NCBI GenBank assembly: GCA_964544115.1
Contig: CAZJBP010000001.1
Coordinates: 1-60,705, forward strand
Direction: 5' to 3'
Length of the DNA stretch: 60,705 nt
Source of the DNA: an uncultured Victivallales bacterium
GTDB taxonomy: Bacteria; Verrucomicrobiota; Kiritimatiellia; UBA8416; JADHWI01
In this document: positions 8,832 through 18,269 of the stretch, in pieces
Numbering within the stretch: the first letter of the stretch is position 1
How the letters are laid out: each line of letters opens with the position of its first letter
Notes under the pieces: generated by a model
Told to the model about the DNA's origin: nothing
Seen by the model: the letters and a program-made list of their open reading frames with translations, nothing else
The model's database searches: none
Translations under genes and position numbers: made by a program

Positions 8832-11800
8832 GCCCCCGCCCGAACACCCCGGCCGGGCTTCCCCCGGAGGTCGACATCGACCGCCTGCCGCAGGGCATTG
8901 TCGACAAGCTGACGCTCATGATCCGGCGCATCCGCCACATCATCCTGCTGCGCGGGATCCTGATGGTGGCGGCGACGGCCATGGGGCTGCTCCTCGCGCT
9001 GATGGCGCTGGACGCCGCGGTGGTCATGCTCCCTCGCAACCTGCATGCCGCCCTCTCCTTCTGCGCGCTGCTGGCAACGGCGGCCGTTGCATGGCGCGTC
9101 CTTCTTTACCCGCTGAGACGCCGGCACACGCTCACGGCCATTGCCCGGACCCTTGAGATCCGTCACCCCGAACTCGAGGAGCGGATCAGCTCGGCCATTG
9201 AACTGCTGGGCAGCCCGGACCCCGCGGCCATGAAGGGCTCCGAAGCGCTGATCGCGGAACTGGTGAAGGCCGCCGAGATCGATGCCACCGTGGTCCAGCC
9301 GCAGCTGGAATTCACCATCCGCACGGCCAGGCCCTACCTGGGTGCCGTGGGCGTCATGGCCGCCGTGGTCGCCCTGCTCCTGCTGCTGTGGCCCCAGTTC
9401 ATCTCCCGGCTGCTGGTGCGCACGCTGGTTCCCTACGCGAACGTCGGCAACGCGTACGCATCGCTCCTCGCCGTCGCCCCCGGCAACGGCCGGATCGGCT
9501 TCGGCGAGGCGCTGACGATCTCAGCGCAGGCTCGGATGCCCGGCATGACCCGGGCTGAAGTACTGTGCGTCGGCTCCAATGGCGTCGAGACGGTGGAACG
9601 GATGGCCGCCGGGGAGGTGCCCGCCTCGGAGGTCTCCGAGTTTTCGATGACGTTCCCGTCCGTGCAGGAGAGCTTCCGGTATCGCGTCCGCGCGGGCAGC
9701 GCCCTGTCGGGCTACTACCTGATCCGCGTGGAACGCCGTCCGGAGGTCGAGCGGTTCACCGTCTCCTACGATTACCCGGCCTACGCCGGGTTGCCGCCCC
9801 GGACGCAGGAGGGAGCGCCCGGAGACATCGTGGCGCCCGCAGGCAGCAAGGTCCGGCTCTCGGCCCGGTTCAACAAGCCGCTGACAGCCGCCGACCTGGT
9901 GCTGGACGGCAAGCCGGTCGACTGCCTCCCGCCCGCAGGCGCAACGGCGGCCGGGCCGCTGCAGGACCGAGCGTGGGAGGTCTCGCTGGCGAAGGGCCAA
10001 ACCGGGTCCTGGTTCCTTCGCCTGGAAGACGACATCGGCATGACGAATCAGCCGGCCCGTTTCAAGCTGCAGTCCGTGCCCGACGCACGGCCCACGGTGG
10101 CGATCTCGGAGCCCGCCGCCACCGCGCTGAAGCTCTCGCCGACGGACCTCGTGCCGATCACCTACGTTGCGCAGGACGACTACGGCATCGGCGCGGCCAC
10201 GTTGTTCGTCACCGTCGACGACGGGAAGCCCACGGTCGTCGACCTGCCGCCCCCCGCCCGCAACGAGGCCCGCCGCGACACGTGGACGGGGAGCGAGACG
10301 GTGGACCTGTCGGCGCTGGACCTGTCGGCCGCGAAGACCGTGCGCGTGCGGATCGGCGTGTCGGACACGCTGCCCGCCGACCTGCTCGGGCCCCAGACCG
10401 GCGTCAGCGCCGTGGTCTCGATCCAGATCGACCGGCAGGCCGCTGCGTTGTCCCAGCAGACCGTTCTCTCGCTCGAAGCCCAGCTTCGGGCCGACCTGGC
10501 CGCCGCGAAGGCGAAGCTGGAGCAGGGCCGCGACAGGACCGCCGCCGATATCAACAGCAACCCCGGCGCCGCGGTCCGCCTGCCGGACATCAAGGACATT
10601 CACCGCCTGGCCGAGGACGCCGAGGCGATCCTGCGCAGCCTGGCCGCGAGGGCCGGGGAGTCGCCACTCGCGGAGTTGTCCAACCCGCTGAAAGCCATCG
10701 CCGACCAGCATGTCGAGCCGGCAAAGAAGACGGCGGAGATCATCCCCGCAACGGACAACGACACGGAACGCGGCGAACACGCAAACTCCATGCTTCAGGA
10801 TTTCAAGGACGCTGTCGCGGCACTGGAGGACCTGGCAGGGAAGTTGGATAAGGCTCACGAGAACGCGATGCGCCTGGCCGCGCTGACCGATCTGGCGCAT
10901 CGGCAGGAGCAACTGGCCCAGGCCGCGCAAAAGCTCGCCAGCCAGCCTCAGCCGGCCAACAAGGAAGAGATGGAGAAGTGGAAGCAGGCGCAGGATGAAG
11001 CGCTAAAGAAGGTGGCGGACCTGCTCAAGAAGGACCCCGAAGCGCTCAGCAGGCAGATGGAAGAGAACCAGAAGGCCGCTCAGAACCTGTCCGAGGCGGC
11101 CCGACAGCTTGCGGAGCAGCAGAAGGCGCTGGCCGAGCAGCCCCCGCCGTCGCCGGATGGCGCGCTGAAGCAGCAGGGCGACATGGCGAAGAAGGCGGCC
11201 GGTCTGAAAGACGACACCGGCGCGCTGGCGAACAAGATGGAGAAGCTGGCCTCCGGCCCGGAAGACTCGAAACCGAAAAGCGCCTCCGAGGCCCGGCGCA
11301 GCGTGGAGGCCGCGGCCGACAGCATGAAGTCGGCGATGGATAAGATGGCCCCGACGCCCCCGGGCCCGCAGAAACCGCCGTCTCCAGACGCCGGCCCTAC
11401 CCCGCCGCCTCCGCCCCCGCCGCCGGGCGGCGCCAACCCGCCCGCCCCTCAGGCGTCCCAGCAGCAGGCCAGCCAGCAGCTCCAGAAGGCTTCGGACAAG
11501 CTCGCGGAACTGGCCAAGACCATGGACGGTCAGAACAAAGCGGCGAAGCCCGGGGAGAGCAAGACCCCGTCGGCCGGGGCGAAGACGCCCAACGCCGGCA
11601 GTCCCGCCCCTGGCAAGGGCGCCGGATCCAAGGGCCAGGGCGAAGGCGGCGGCAAGCCCGGCTCGACGCCCAGCCCCGGAAAGACTCCTGGCGGGCCGCC
11701 GGGCCCGGGCGGCAAGGAGCCCGGCGCGCCGGGCGGAGAGCAACCGGCACCTGGCACCGGCATGCCGAATCCCAGCCCGCTGGCCAAGGCCTTTGACAAG

Positions 11801-12148
11801 GCGGCGGGTGCGGCCACGGCGCCGTCGATGGCGCAGGCCGCCCCCCCGGCCGCGCAGGCGGCGGCGGCGCTTAACCAGATGGCCTCGGCTATGGCGCAGG
11901 GCATGGGAATGTCCTCGGCGCCGCCCGGCGGCTCCGCGGGAGGCGCACCCGGCGCTGCTCCCGACGGTTCCGGGATCCCCGGCGGCGGCGGGGACCTCGC
12001 CGGATCCGGCGGCAAGTGGCTCACCTCCGGAAAGACGGGCCCGGGCGGCGACCTCGGCGCCGCCGAGGACGGCACGGCGTCGGACTATCGCGACCTCGTC
12101 AAACGCTACTTCAGAGCGGTGGCCCGCGAAGGGGAGAAGGAACCATGA
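8828..12148 (+). CDS. Large membrane-anchored protein (DUF4175-like, tentative) with a long coiled-coil and a Pro/Gly/Ala-rich tail
   Basis: ATG at 8828 overlaps the upstream TGA (ATGA). N-terminal TM pair (ILLRGILMVAATAMGLLLALMALDAAVV...). Heptad-like Ala/Glu/Lys/Gln stretch, then PPPPPPPP and PGKGAGSKGQGEGGGKPG low complexity. Operon position matches Bat-type clusters. Confidence 0.55.
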   Translation: MSPRPNTPAGLPPEVDIDRLPQGIVDKLTLMIRRIRHIILLRGILMVAATAMGLLLALMALDAAVVMLPRNLHAALSFCALLATAAVAWRVLLYPLRRRHTLTAIARTLEIRHPELEERISSAIELLGSPDPAAMKGSEALIAELVKAAEIDATVVQPQLEFTIRTARPYLGAVGVMAAVVALLLLLWPQFISRLLVRTLVPYANVGNAYASLLAVAPGNGRIGFGEALTISAQARMPGMTRAEVLCVGSNGVETVERMAAGEVPASEVSEFSMTFPSVQESFRYRVRAGSALSGYYLIRVERRPEVERFTVSYDYPAYAGLPPRTQEGAPGDIVAPAGSKVRLSARFNKPLTAADLVLDGKPVDCLPPAGATAAGPLQDRAWEVSLAKGQTGSWFLRLEDDIGMTNQPARFKLQSVPDARPTVAISEPAATALKLSPTDLVPITYVAQDDYGIGAATLFVTVDDGKPTVVDLPPPARNEARRDTWTGSETVDLSALDLSAAKTVRVRIGVSDTLPADLLGPQTGVSAVVSIQIDRQAAALSQQTVLSLEAQLRADLAAAKAKLEQGRDRTAADINSNPGAAVRLPDIKDIHRLAEDAEAILRSLAARAGESPLAELSNPLKAIADQHVEPAKKTAEIIPATDNDTERGEHANSMLQDFKDAVAALEDLAGKLDKAHENAMRLAALTDLAHRQEQLAQAAQKLASQPQPANKEEMEKWKQAQDEALKKVADLLKKDPEALSRQMEENQKAAQNLSEAARQLAEQQKALAEQPPPSPDGALKQQGDMAKKAAGLKDDTGALANKMEKLASGPEDSKPKSASEARRSVEAAADSMKSAMDKMAPTPPGPQKPPSPDAGPTPPPPPPPPGGANPPAPQASQQQASQQLQKASDKLAELAKTMDGQNKAAKPGESKTPSAGAKTPNAGSPAPGKGAGSKGQGEGGGKPGSTPSPGKTPGGPPGPGGKEPGAPGGEQPAPGTGMPNPSPLAKAFDKAAGAATAPSMAQAAPPAAQAAAALNQMASAMAQGMGMSSAPPGGSAGGAPGAAPDGSGIPGGGGDLAGSGGKWLTSGKTGPGGDLGAAEDGTASDYRDLVKRYFRAVAREGEKEP

Positions 12149-13200
12149 TGAAGGCCCTTGCAGCGCTGCTGATCCTGGTCGCCGTTCTGCGTGCGGGCGC
12201 TGCCGATGCTCCTCCCGCGCCCGAGGCCGCTGGCGCGGGCGATCCCGTGGAACGCGCGGTCGAGCGCGGCCTGGCGTACCTCGCCGGGATTCAGGACAGT
12301 GGCGGGTTCTTCCCCGAGGAGTACGGCCGGACCACCGGGGTCGTCTCCCTCGGGGGCATGGCGTTTCTGGCCAAGGGCTACCTTCCGGGCCGCCCGCCCT
12401 ACGGCGACGTCCTCAACCGCTGCATCGACTACGTCGTCGCCAACCAGATGGAGAACGGCCTGCTGGCCAAGCCCGATCAGCGCATGTACTCGCACGCGAT
12501 CAGCACGCTCTTTCTCTGCGAGGTGTCCGGCATGGTGGACCCCGCCCGGCAGGCGAAGCTGGACGACGTCCTGCCCAAGGCCGTGAAGCTGATCCTGGCC
12601 GCGCAGGCGGTCCCCAAGGGCGACGACCAGCGCGGAGGCTGGCGGTATAGCCCGACCTCCAACGACAGCGACATGTCCTGCACCGGCTGGGCGCTCATGG
12701 CACTGCGATCGGCGCGGCTCAACGGCGCGCCCGTGCCGGACAAGGCCATCGAGGATGCCGTGACGTACATCCTCAACCACGGTGACCCCGCCCAGGGCAC
12801 CTTCGGCTACCAGGACCGGTCGAGCCACGCCACGGAGCTCACCGGTGCCGGCCTCCTCTGCCTGGAGCTGACCGGCCATCACGGTGAGGACATCACGTTG
12901 AAAGCCGGTGACTTCATTCTCAACAACTATGAGAAGCTGCCCGGGCAGGACTACGTCTCGTACGGCAACTATTATAACGCCCAGGGCATGTTCCAGCTCG
13001 GCGGCAAGTATTGGGCAAAGTACTCCGAGTGGATGTACGCCACCTGGCTGCCGAAGCAGCGGGAGGACGGCTCCTGGCCGCCGACCAACATCGGCGTGGC
13101 CTATGAAACCGCCATGATGCTCCTCGCCATGACCGTGCCCTACCGTCAGCTGCCGATCTACCAGCGCGACGAGACGGTCGACGACGCAGCCGGACGGTGA
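12145..13200 (+). CDS. Secreted prenyltransferase/squalene-oxidase-repeat (terpene-cyclase fold) protein
   Basis: ATG at 12145 overlaps the upstream TGA. Signal peptide MMKALAALLILVAVLRAGAA. Repeated QW-like motifs: IQDSGGFF, QMENGLL, QRGGWRYSP, DMSCTGWALMALRSA, KQREDGSWPP. Confidence 0.75.
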   Translation: MMKALAALLILVAVLRAGAADAPPAPEAAGAGDPVERAVERGLAYLAGIQDSGGFFPEEYGRTTGVVSLGGMAFLAKGYLPGRPPYGDVLNRCIDYVVANQMENGLLAKPDQRMYSHAISTLFLCEVSGMVDPARQAKLDDVLPKAVKLILAAQAVPKGDDQRGGWRYSPTSNDSDMSCTGWALMALRSARLNGAPVPDKAIEDAVTYILNHGDPAQGTFGYQDRSSHATELTGAGLLCLELTGHHGEDITLKAGDFILNNYEKLPGQDYVSYGNYYNAQGMFQLGGKYWAKYSEWMYATWLPKQREDGSWPPTNIGVAYETAMMLLAMTVPYRQLPIYQRDETVDDAAGR

Positions 13201-13371
13201 GGCCGCGACCGCGGCTCGACGCCTCCACATCACCGTCTACAAGGGACCTCCTACAGGGGTCTTGCACGGCATTCACAACGAGTTTATCCTCCGCCCTGAA
13301 GTCGGGCATACGAAGTTGTTCCTCGCGCCGCTCATGAGGACTGAACGTTCGAAAGAGGAAGGCGATAGTGT

Positions 13372-14946
13372 ATGAAGGGGATGCGGTTCTGGCGTTTTGC
13401 GGTGCTGCTGTGCGCGGGTTTGGCGTGCGGTGCGAGTGCGGGGGATCTGGCGATTGCCTCGTTCAACGGCGCAGGGCGTTTGACGTTCGAGGCGTTGAAC
13501 AACGGAACCAATTACACGTACCGCGTGGAATGGGCGTCATCGCCGGCCGGGCCGTGGACGAATTTTGCGGGTGCGGCCGCTGTGCTGGATGCTGTCGAAG
13601 CTCCCGGAGGGAAGACCGTGACCTGCTCGGTTCCGATGTGCTACCGCGTGGTTGCCTCGGTTTTGGCCGCCGCTCCGGCGGCAACGACAGACAGCGCGAC
13701 GTCTCTGGCGGGCACCTCAGCCACACTCAACGGCACCGGCACTCCCGGCGGAACCGCGGCAGGTGGCTGGTTCCGCTACTCCACCGTCAGTCCCGGCACG
13801 GGCAACGACACCTTCGGCACGCGGGTGCCGACCAGCGGCGCCACTGCGCTGGGCTCCGGGACGTCCCCGGTGGCCTACTCGCGCGGGATCGCCGGACTGT
13901 CTGCGGGGACGGCCTACTACTACTGCGCCATCGTCTCCAACTCCATGGGGGTGGCGTTCGGTACGGTGCAGTCCTTCACGGCCCCACTGCCGCCTGCGGC
14001 GACGACGACGGCCGCAACGTCGCTCGCCGGCACCTCGGCCACGCTCAACGGCACCTGCAATCCCGGTGGAGCCGCAACGACCGGCTGGTTCCGCTACTCC
14101 ACGGTCCATCCCGGAGCGGCCAATGACAGCTTCGGCACGCGGGCGCCGGCCAGCAGCGGCACGGCGCTGGGCTCGGGGTCATCTCCGGTGGCCTACTCTC
14201 AGGGGATCAGCGGGCTGATCGCCGGGACGACCTACTACTATTGCGCCATCGCCGAGAATGCCGAGGGGCTCTCGTTCGGGAGCATCCTGTCCCTCACCAC
14301 GAGCGCAACCGCCCCGGCGGCAACGACAGACAGCGCGACGTCTCTGGCGGGCACCTCGGCCACGCTCAACGGCACCGGCACTCCCGGCGGAGCCTCCACG
14401 ACCGGCTGGTTCCGCTACTCCACCGTCAGTCCCGGCACGGGCAACGACACCTTCGGCACGCGGGTGCCGACCAGCGGCGCCACTGCGCTGGGCTCCGGGA
14501 CGTCCCCGGTGGCCTACTCGCGCGGGATCGCCGGACTGTCTGCGGGGACGGCCTACTACTACTGCGCCATCGTCTCCAACTCCATGGGGGTGGCGTTCGG
14601 TACGGTGCAGTCCTTCACGGCCCCACTGCCGCCTGCGGCGACGACGACGGCCGCAACGTCGCTCGCCGGCACCTCGGCCACGCTCAACGGCACCTGCAAT
14701 CCCGGTGGAGCCGCAACGACCGGCTGGTTCCGCTACTCCACGGTCCATCCCGGAGCGGCCAATGACAGCTTCGGCACGCGGGCGCCGGCCAGCAGCGGCA
14801 CGGCGCTGGGCTCGGGGTCATCTCCGGTGGCCTACTCTCAGGGGATCAGCGGGCTGATCGCGGGAACGACCTACTACTACTGCGCCATCGCCCAGAATGC
14901 CGAGGGGTTGGCGTTCGGCACCGTGCTGTCCTTCACCACCCCATGA
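13372..14946 (+). CDS. Secreted protein with four ~105-aa Ig/Fn3-like modules (A-B-A-B)
   Basis: Signal peptide MKGMRFWRFAVLLCAGLACGASA. Each module reads ATS LAGTSATLNGT..PGG..T.GWFRYSTV.PG..ND.FGTR...GTALGSG.SPVAYS.GI.GL.AGT.YYYCAI..N..G..FG...SFT. Confidence 0.8.
   Translation: MKGMRFWRFAVLLCAGLACGASAGDLAIASFNGAGRLTFEALNNGTNYTYRVEWASSPAGPWTNFAGAAAVLDAVEAPGGKTVTCSVPMCYRVVASVLAAAPAATTDSATSLAGTSATLNGTGTPGGTAAGGWFRYSTVSPGTGNDTFGTRVPTSGATALGSGTSPVAYSRGIAGLSAGTAYYYCAIVSNSMGVAFGTVQSFTAPLPPAATTTAATSLAGTSATLNGTCNPGGAATTGWFRYSTVHPGAANDSFGTRAPASSGTALGSGSSPVAYSQGISGLIAGTTYYYCAIAENAEGLSFGSILSLTTSATAPAATTDSATSLAGTSATLNGTGTPGGASTTGWFRYSTVSPGTGNDTFGTRVPTSGATALGSGTSPVAYSRGIAGLSAGTAYYYCAIVSNSMGVAFGTVQSFTAPLPPAATTTAATSLAGTSATLNGTCNPGGAATTGWFRYSTVHPGAANDSFGTRAPASSGTALGSGSSPVAYSQGISGLIAGTTYYYCAIAQNAEGLAFGTVLSFTTP
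13682..14940 (+). repeat. Tandem direct duplication, period 639 bp (213 codons), inside the repeat-protein gene
   Basis: CAACGACAGACAGCGCGACGTCTCTGGCGG starts at 13682 and again at 14321. About 13768-14221 looks base-for-base identical to 14407-14860 by eye; differences cluster at the unit edges. Confidence 0.9.
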
Positions 14947-15187
14947 CGCTGACAAGACCCCAACCGGCCGTCGTCGATTCCGATGGCGCCAGCGTACGGT
15001 GACCTCCCTCGCTGCGTTCGGGATGCCCCGGACAGCGGTTTGTGCGGCTCTGGATTCCCGACCACGGCTCCCGGCCGTGACCGCCTCATGCCGTCGCCGA
15101 ACGCAGTGAGACATCCCCCCCCCGGGGGGGCGATCGTTCCGGAGAACGCTGTTGCCATAAGGCACACACGGTGATACCCTCGCATGG

Positions 15188-15475
15188 ATGGATGTTTACC
15201 GGTGTGACCTGGAGAAGAACGAGAAGCTGAAGGCTGAGCGTGGCATCAGCTTTGAGCAGGTTGTGATGCACATCGAGCGGGCGGATATTCTTGACGTGTA
15301 TGAGCATCCCAACCAGAAGAAGCATCCTGGTCAACAGATCTTGGTCGTGCGGATCGAAGAATATGCCTACCTTGTGCCGTTCATAGAGTCGAGCGAGGGA
15401 CGCTTCCTTAAGACAATCATCCCGAGCCGCAGGGCGACACGGCAGTACTTGGAGGAGGAACATGAAAACGATTAA
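15188..15475 (+). CDS. BrnT-like (DUF497) toxin
   Basis: DLEKNEKLKAERGISFEQVV resembles the BrnT N-terminal W/FD..K...N..KHG.SFE.A motif. 95 aa; overlaps its partner by 14 nt; about 50% GC versus about 68% in the flanks. Confidence 0.65.
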   Translation: MDVYRCDLEKNEKLKAERGISFEQVVMHIERADILDVYEHPNQKKHPGQQILVVRIEEYAYLVPFIESSEGRFLKTIIPSRRATRQYLEEEHEND

Positions 15476-15755
15476 AATCGACAGAGAGGAACAGGGGATT
15501 CTTGATTCCGTTGCAAGGGGCGAATGGAGATCCGTCAAGAATCTCAAGAGTGAGATCAAGCGGCATCAGCAATATGCCAGGAATACCCTCAAGAAGGATC
15601 GAAGGGTAAACATCCGAGTGTCGTCCAAGGATCTTGAAGAGCTCCAGGCGATCGCCGTGGCAGACGGGATTCCTTATCAGACCCTGATGTCCAGCGTTCT
15701 TCACCGTTTTGTCGGCGGACGACTCGTGGACAGCAAAGCAGTCCGTGCAAGGTGA
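15462..15755 (+). CDS. BrnA-like CopG/RHH antitoxin
   Basis: C-terminal RRVNIRVSSKDLEELQAIAVADGIPYQTLMSSVLHRFVGGRL matches the RHH antitoxins partnered with DUF497 toxins. Confidence 0.65.
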   Translation: MKTIKIDREEQGILDSVARGEWRSVKNLKSEIKRHQQYARNTLKKDRRVNIRVSSKDLEELQAIAVADGIPYQTLMSSVLHRFVGGRLVDSKAVRAR

Positions 15756-16014
15756 GTCACCTGGCGGCACCTTTGGCCCGAGGCCTTTGACAGATCCCTC
15801 GCTGCGCTCGAGATGACCCAGACGGCGGCGCGGGCGTTGCTGGCTTCGCGGGCAGGGCTCCCTGCCGCATGGCGCTTCACTCCACCCGCGCGCGTTCACT
15901 CGACAAGGACAGAGGCGATACCCTATGGTGCGCCCCGGGATGCAGGAGGTGCCGGGCGGGCCGCGGGGCGGGCCACGGCGTGTGTGGGATGGCGGGGCGG
16001 GCAATCACTCTCAT

Positions 16015-17226
16015 ATGACCCAGAACAGACTCGAACGCACTGAGAATTTCCTGGTCTCGCTCATCCGGCGACCCTCGCTGGACGCGCGCCTTTTTCCCCG
16101 CCGCGTCCAGTTCCTTCTGTGGTGGCTCAAGCAGTTGTCCCGGCTCTACGGAGGCGTGGTGCAGCTGCGGCTGTTCCTCTACCGCAAGGGCATCTTCCGC
16201 CACCACGCGCTCGGATGCCAGGTCATCAGCGTCGGTAACCTGACCGTGGGCGGCACGGGCAAGACGCCGGTCGTGGAGGTGTTCGCGCGGGAGCTGGCCA
16301 AGGTCGGCAGGAAGGCCGCCATTCTGAGCCGCGGCTACAAGAAGCAGGAGGCGCGCCCGCTCCGTCGCCTCGCCAACTGGCTGCTCCTGCGTGAAGTTGC
16401 GCGCCCGCCGCGGGTGGTCTCGGACGGACGGCAGCTGCTCCTGGATTCGGCCATGAGCGGCGATGAGCCGTACATGCTCGCGGCCAACCTGCCGGACGTA
16501 GCCGTGCTGGTGGACAAGAACCGCGTCAAGAGCGGCCGCTACGCCATCAACCGCCTGGGGTGCGACACCCTGATCCTCGACGACGGCTTCCAGTACCTCT
16601 CCCTCCGGCACCGGGTCGAGATCGTGCTGGTCGACTGCACCAACCCCTTCGGCAACGGCCATGTCCTGCCCCGCGGCATCCTGCGCGAGCCAGTCCGCAA
16701 CCTGGCGAAGGCGGACTTCATCTTCCTGACCAAGTCCAACGGCCACGGCACCGAAGACCTGCGGGCCCAGATCAGGGCGCTGAACTCCCGCGCGGAAATC
16801 ATCGAGTGCCGGCACTGCCCGCGCTACCTGGAGAACGCGTTCACGGGGCAGCAGCTGCCGCTCGAGGCGCTGGGCGGCATGAAGGCGGTGGTGATGTCCG
16901 GGATCGCCGTGCCGGAAGGGTTTGAAAGCGAACTGCGCGCGCGCGGCGTGAACCCGCTGGAGACCTACCGCTTCGCCGACCACCACCGCTATTCCCAGCA
17001 GGAGCTTATCGACGTCGTCAACGTCGCGGCGCGCCTCGGCGCAGACGCCGTGCTGACCACCGAGAAGGACGCCGTGCGATTCCCGAAGCTCGACCGCTGC
17101 GACGTGCCCGTCTGGTTCCTCCGCGTGGATATCGAAATCCTCAGCGGCCACGAGGACTTTCACCACTGCATCGAGCGCATCTGCTTCTTCAATGAGCCCG
17201 AACCGTCAGGAACGCATGCACGCTGA
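16015..17226 (+). CDS. lpxK: Tetraacyldisaccharide 4'-kinase
   Basis: [20 protein letters not shown]-loop typical of LpxK, and ILSRGYK. In-frame ATG at 16015 chosen; the upstream extension is Arg/Gly-rich. Confidence 0.9.
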   Translation: MTQNRLERTENFLVSLIRRPSLDARLFPRRVQFLLWWLKQLSRLYGGVVQLRLFLYRKGIFRHHALGCQVISVGNLTVGGTGKTPVVEVFARELAKVGRKAAILSRGYKKQEARPLRRLANWLLLREVARPPRVVSDGRQLLLDSAMSGDEPYMLAANLPDVAVLVDKNRVKSGRYAINRLGCDTLILDDGFQYLSLRHRVEIVLVDCTNPFGNGHVLPRGILREPVRNLAKADFIFLTKSNGHGTEDLRAQIRALNSRAEIIECRHCPRYLENAFTGQQLPLEALGGMKAVVMSGIAVPEGFESELRARGVNPLETYRFADHHRYSQQELIDVVNVAARLGADAVLTTEKDAVRFPKLDRCDVPVWFLRVDIEILSGHEDFHHCIERICFFNEPEPSGTHAR

Positions 17227-17250
17227 ACCCCGAACCCTGAACCCATCGCC

Positions 17251-18255
17251 ATGTCCGAGCGCATTCTGATCTGCGGCGTGAACTGGCTGGGCGACGCGGT
17301 GATGACCTTGCCGGCGATCACGGCGTTTCTCGCCGAACACCCGGACGCCCGCGTCTCGATCCTGGTGAAGCCGCCGCTGGTTCCCTTCTGGCGGATGGTG
17401 CCGGGGCTGCACGACGTTCTGGAACTGGAGACCGGCGACGCGGGTACCCTGTGGGCCGCCGGAACGGTCCGCCGCGGGCGGTTCGACCGCGCCATCGTGC
17501 TGCCGAACTCGTTCCGCTCGGCACTGATCCCGTTCCTGGCCGGCGTGCCGGCGCGGCGCGGCGCGGCCTCGCCCCTCCGCGGCTGGATGCTGACCGAGCG
17601 CGTCGACGCCGCGCCCGCGCCCGCCCGCCGCCATCAGGCCTGGGAATACATGCGACTGCTGCCGGTGACCGCCCCCGCCACCGACCTGTCGCTGCCGCAG
17701 CTCAGCCCCGGCGCCGCCCACCTCGATGCCGCCCGCCGGCAGCTGCCGTGGGACGCCGCCGCTCCCTGCGTCGGCCTTCTCCCCGGCGCAGCGCGGGGGC
17801 CGTCCAAGCGCTGGCCGGCCGAACGTTTCGCGGAGGTGGGCCGCCGACTCGCGTCCGAGCGCGGGCTGCGCATCGCGGTCTTCGGCTCTGCCGGCGAAGC
17901 GGCCATCTGCCGCGAAGTGGCCGACGGGATCGGCGGCGCGGCCGCCTGCCTCGCGGGGCGCACCTCCCTGCCGGAGCTGACGGCGCTGCTGGCCGGCTGC
18001 CGGGCCGTGGTCAGCAATGACAGCGGGGGCATGCATCTGGCCGCGGCCGCCGGAACGCCCGTGGTGGCGATCTTCGGCCTGACGGACCCGGCGGTGACCG
18101 GCCCTATCGGTGCGGCCCACCGCGTGGTCGCCGCGGCGGGGGTCACGCGCGCGCGGGCCATTCCGCGTCATTCCGAGGAAGCCGAACGCGCCCTGCGGAG
18201 CGTCACGGCGGATGAGGTGTTTGCGGCCGTCGTCGCGGCGCTGGGCCGGACATAG
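17251..18255 (+). CDS. waaF: GT9 ADP-heptose:LPS heptosyltransferase (type II-like)
   Basis: N-terminus ILICGVNWLGDAVMTLPAI resembles WaaF GPSWVGD. C-terminal SNDSGGMHLAAAAGTPVVAIFG is a GT9 motif. Confidence 0.75.
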   Translation: MSERILICGVNWLGDAVMTLPAITAFLAEHPDARVSILVKPPLVPFWRMVPGLHDVLELETGDAGTLWAAGTVRRGRFDRAIVLPNSFRSALIPFLAGVPARRGAASPLRGWMLTERVDAAPAPARRHQAWEYMRLLPVTAPATDLSLPQLSPGAAHLDAARRQLPWDAAAPCVGLLPGAARGPSKRWPAERFAEVGRRLASERGLRIAVFGSAGEAAICREVADGIGGAAACLAGRTSLPELTALLAGCRAVVSNDSGGMHLAAAAGTPVVAIFGLTDPAVTGPIGAAHRVVAAAGVTRARAIPRHSEEAERALRSVTADEVFAAVVAALGRT

Positions 18256-18269
18256 GCGGGAGGGAACTC

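Noticed and set aside
15115-15130. C9G7 palindrome as a terminator or G-quadruplex-type signal.
   Set aside because: It would form only a homopolymer stem with no loop or U-tract. It could also be a sequencing or assembly-prone homopolymer. There is not enough evidence for a functional call.
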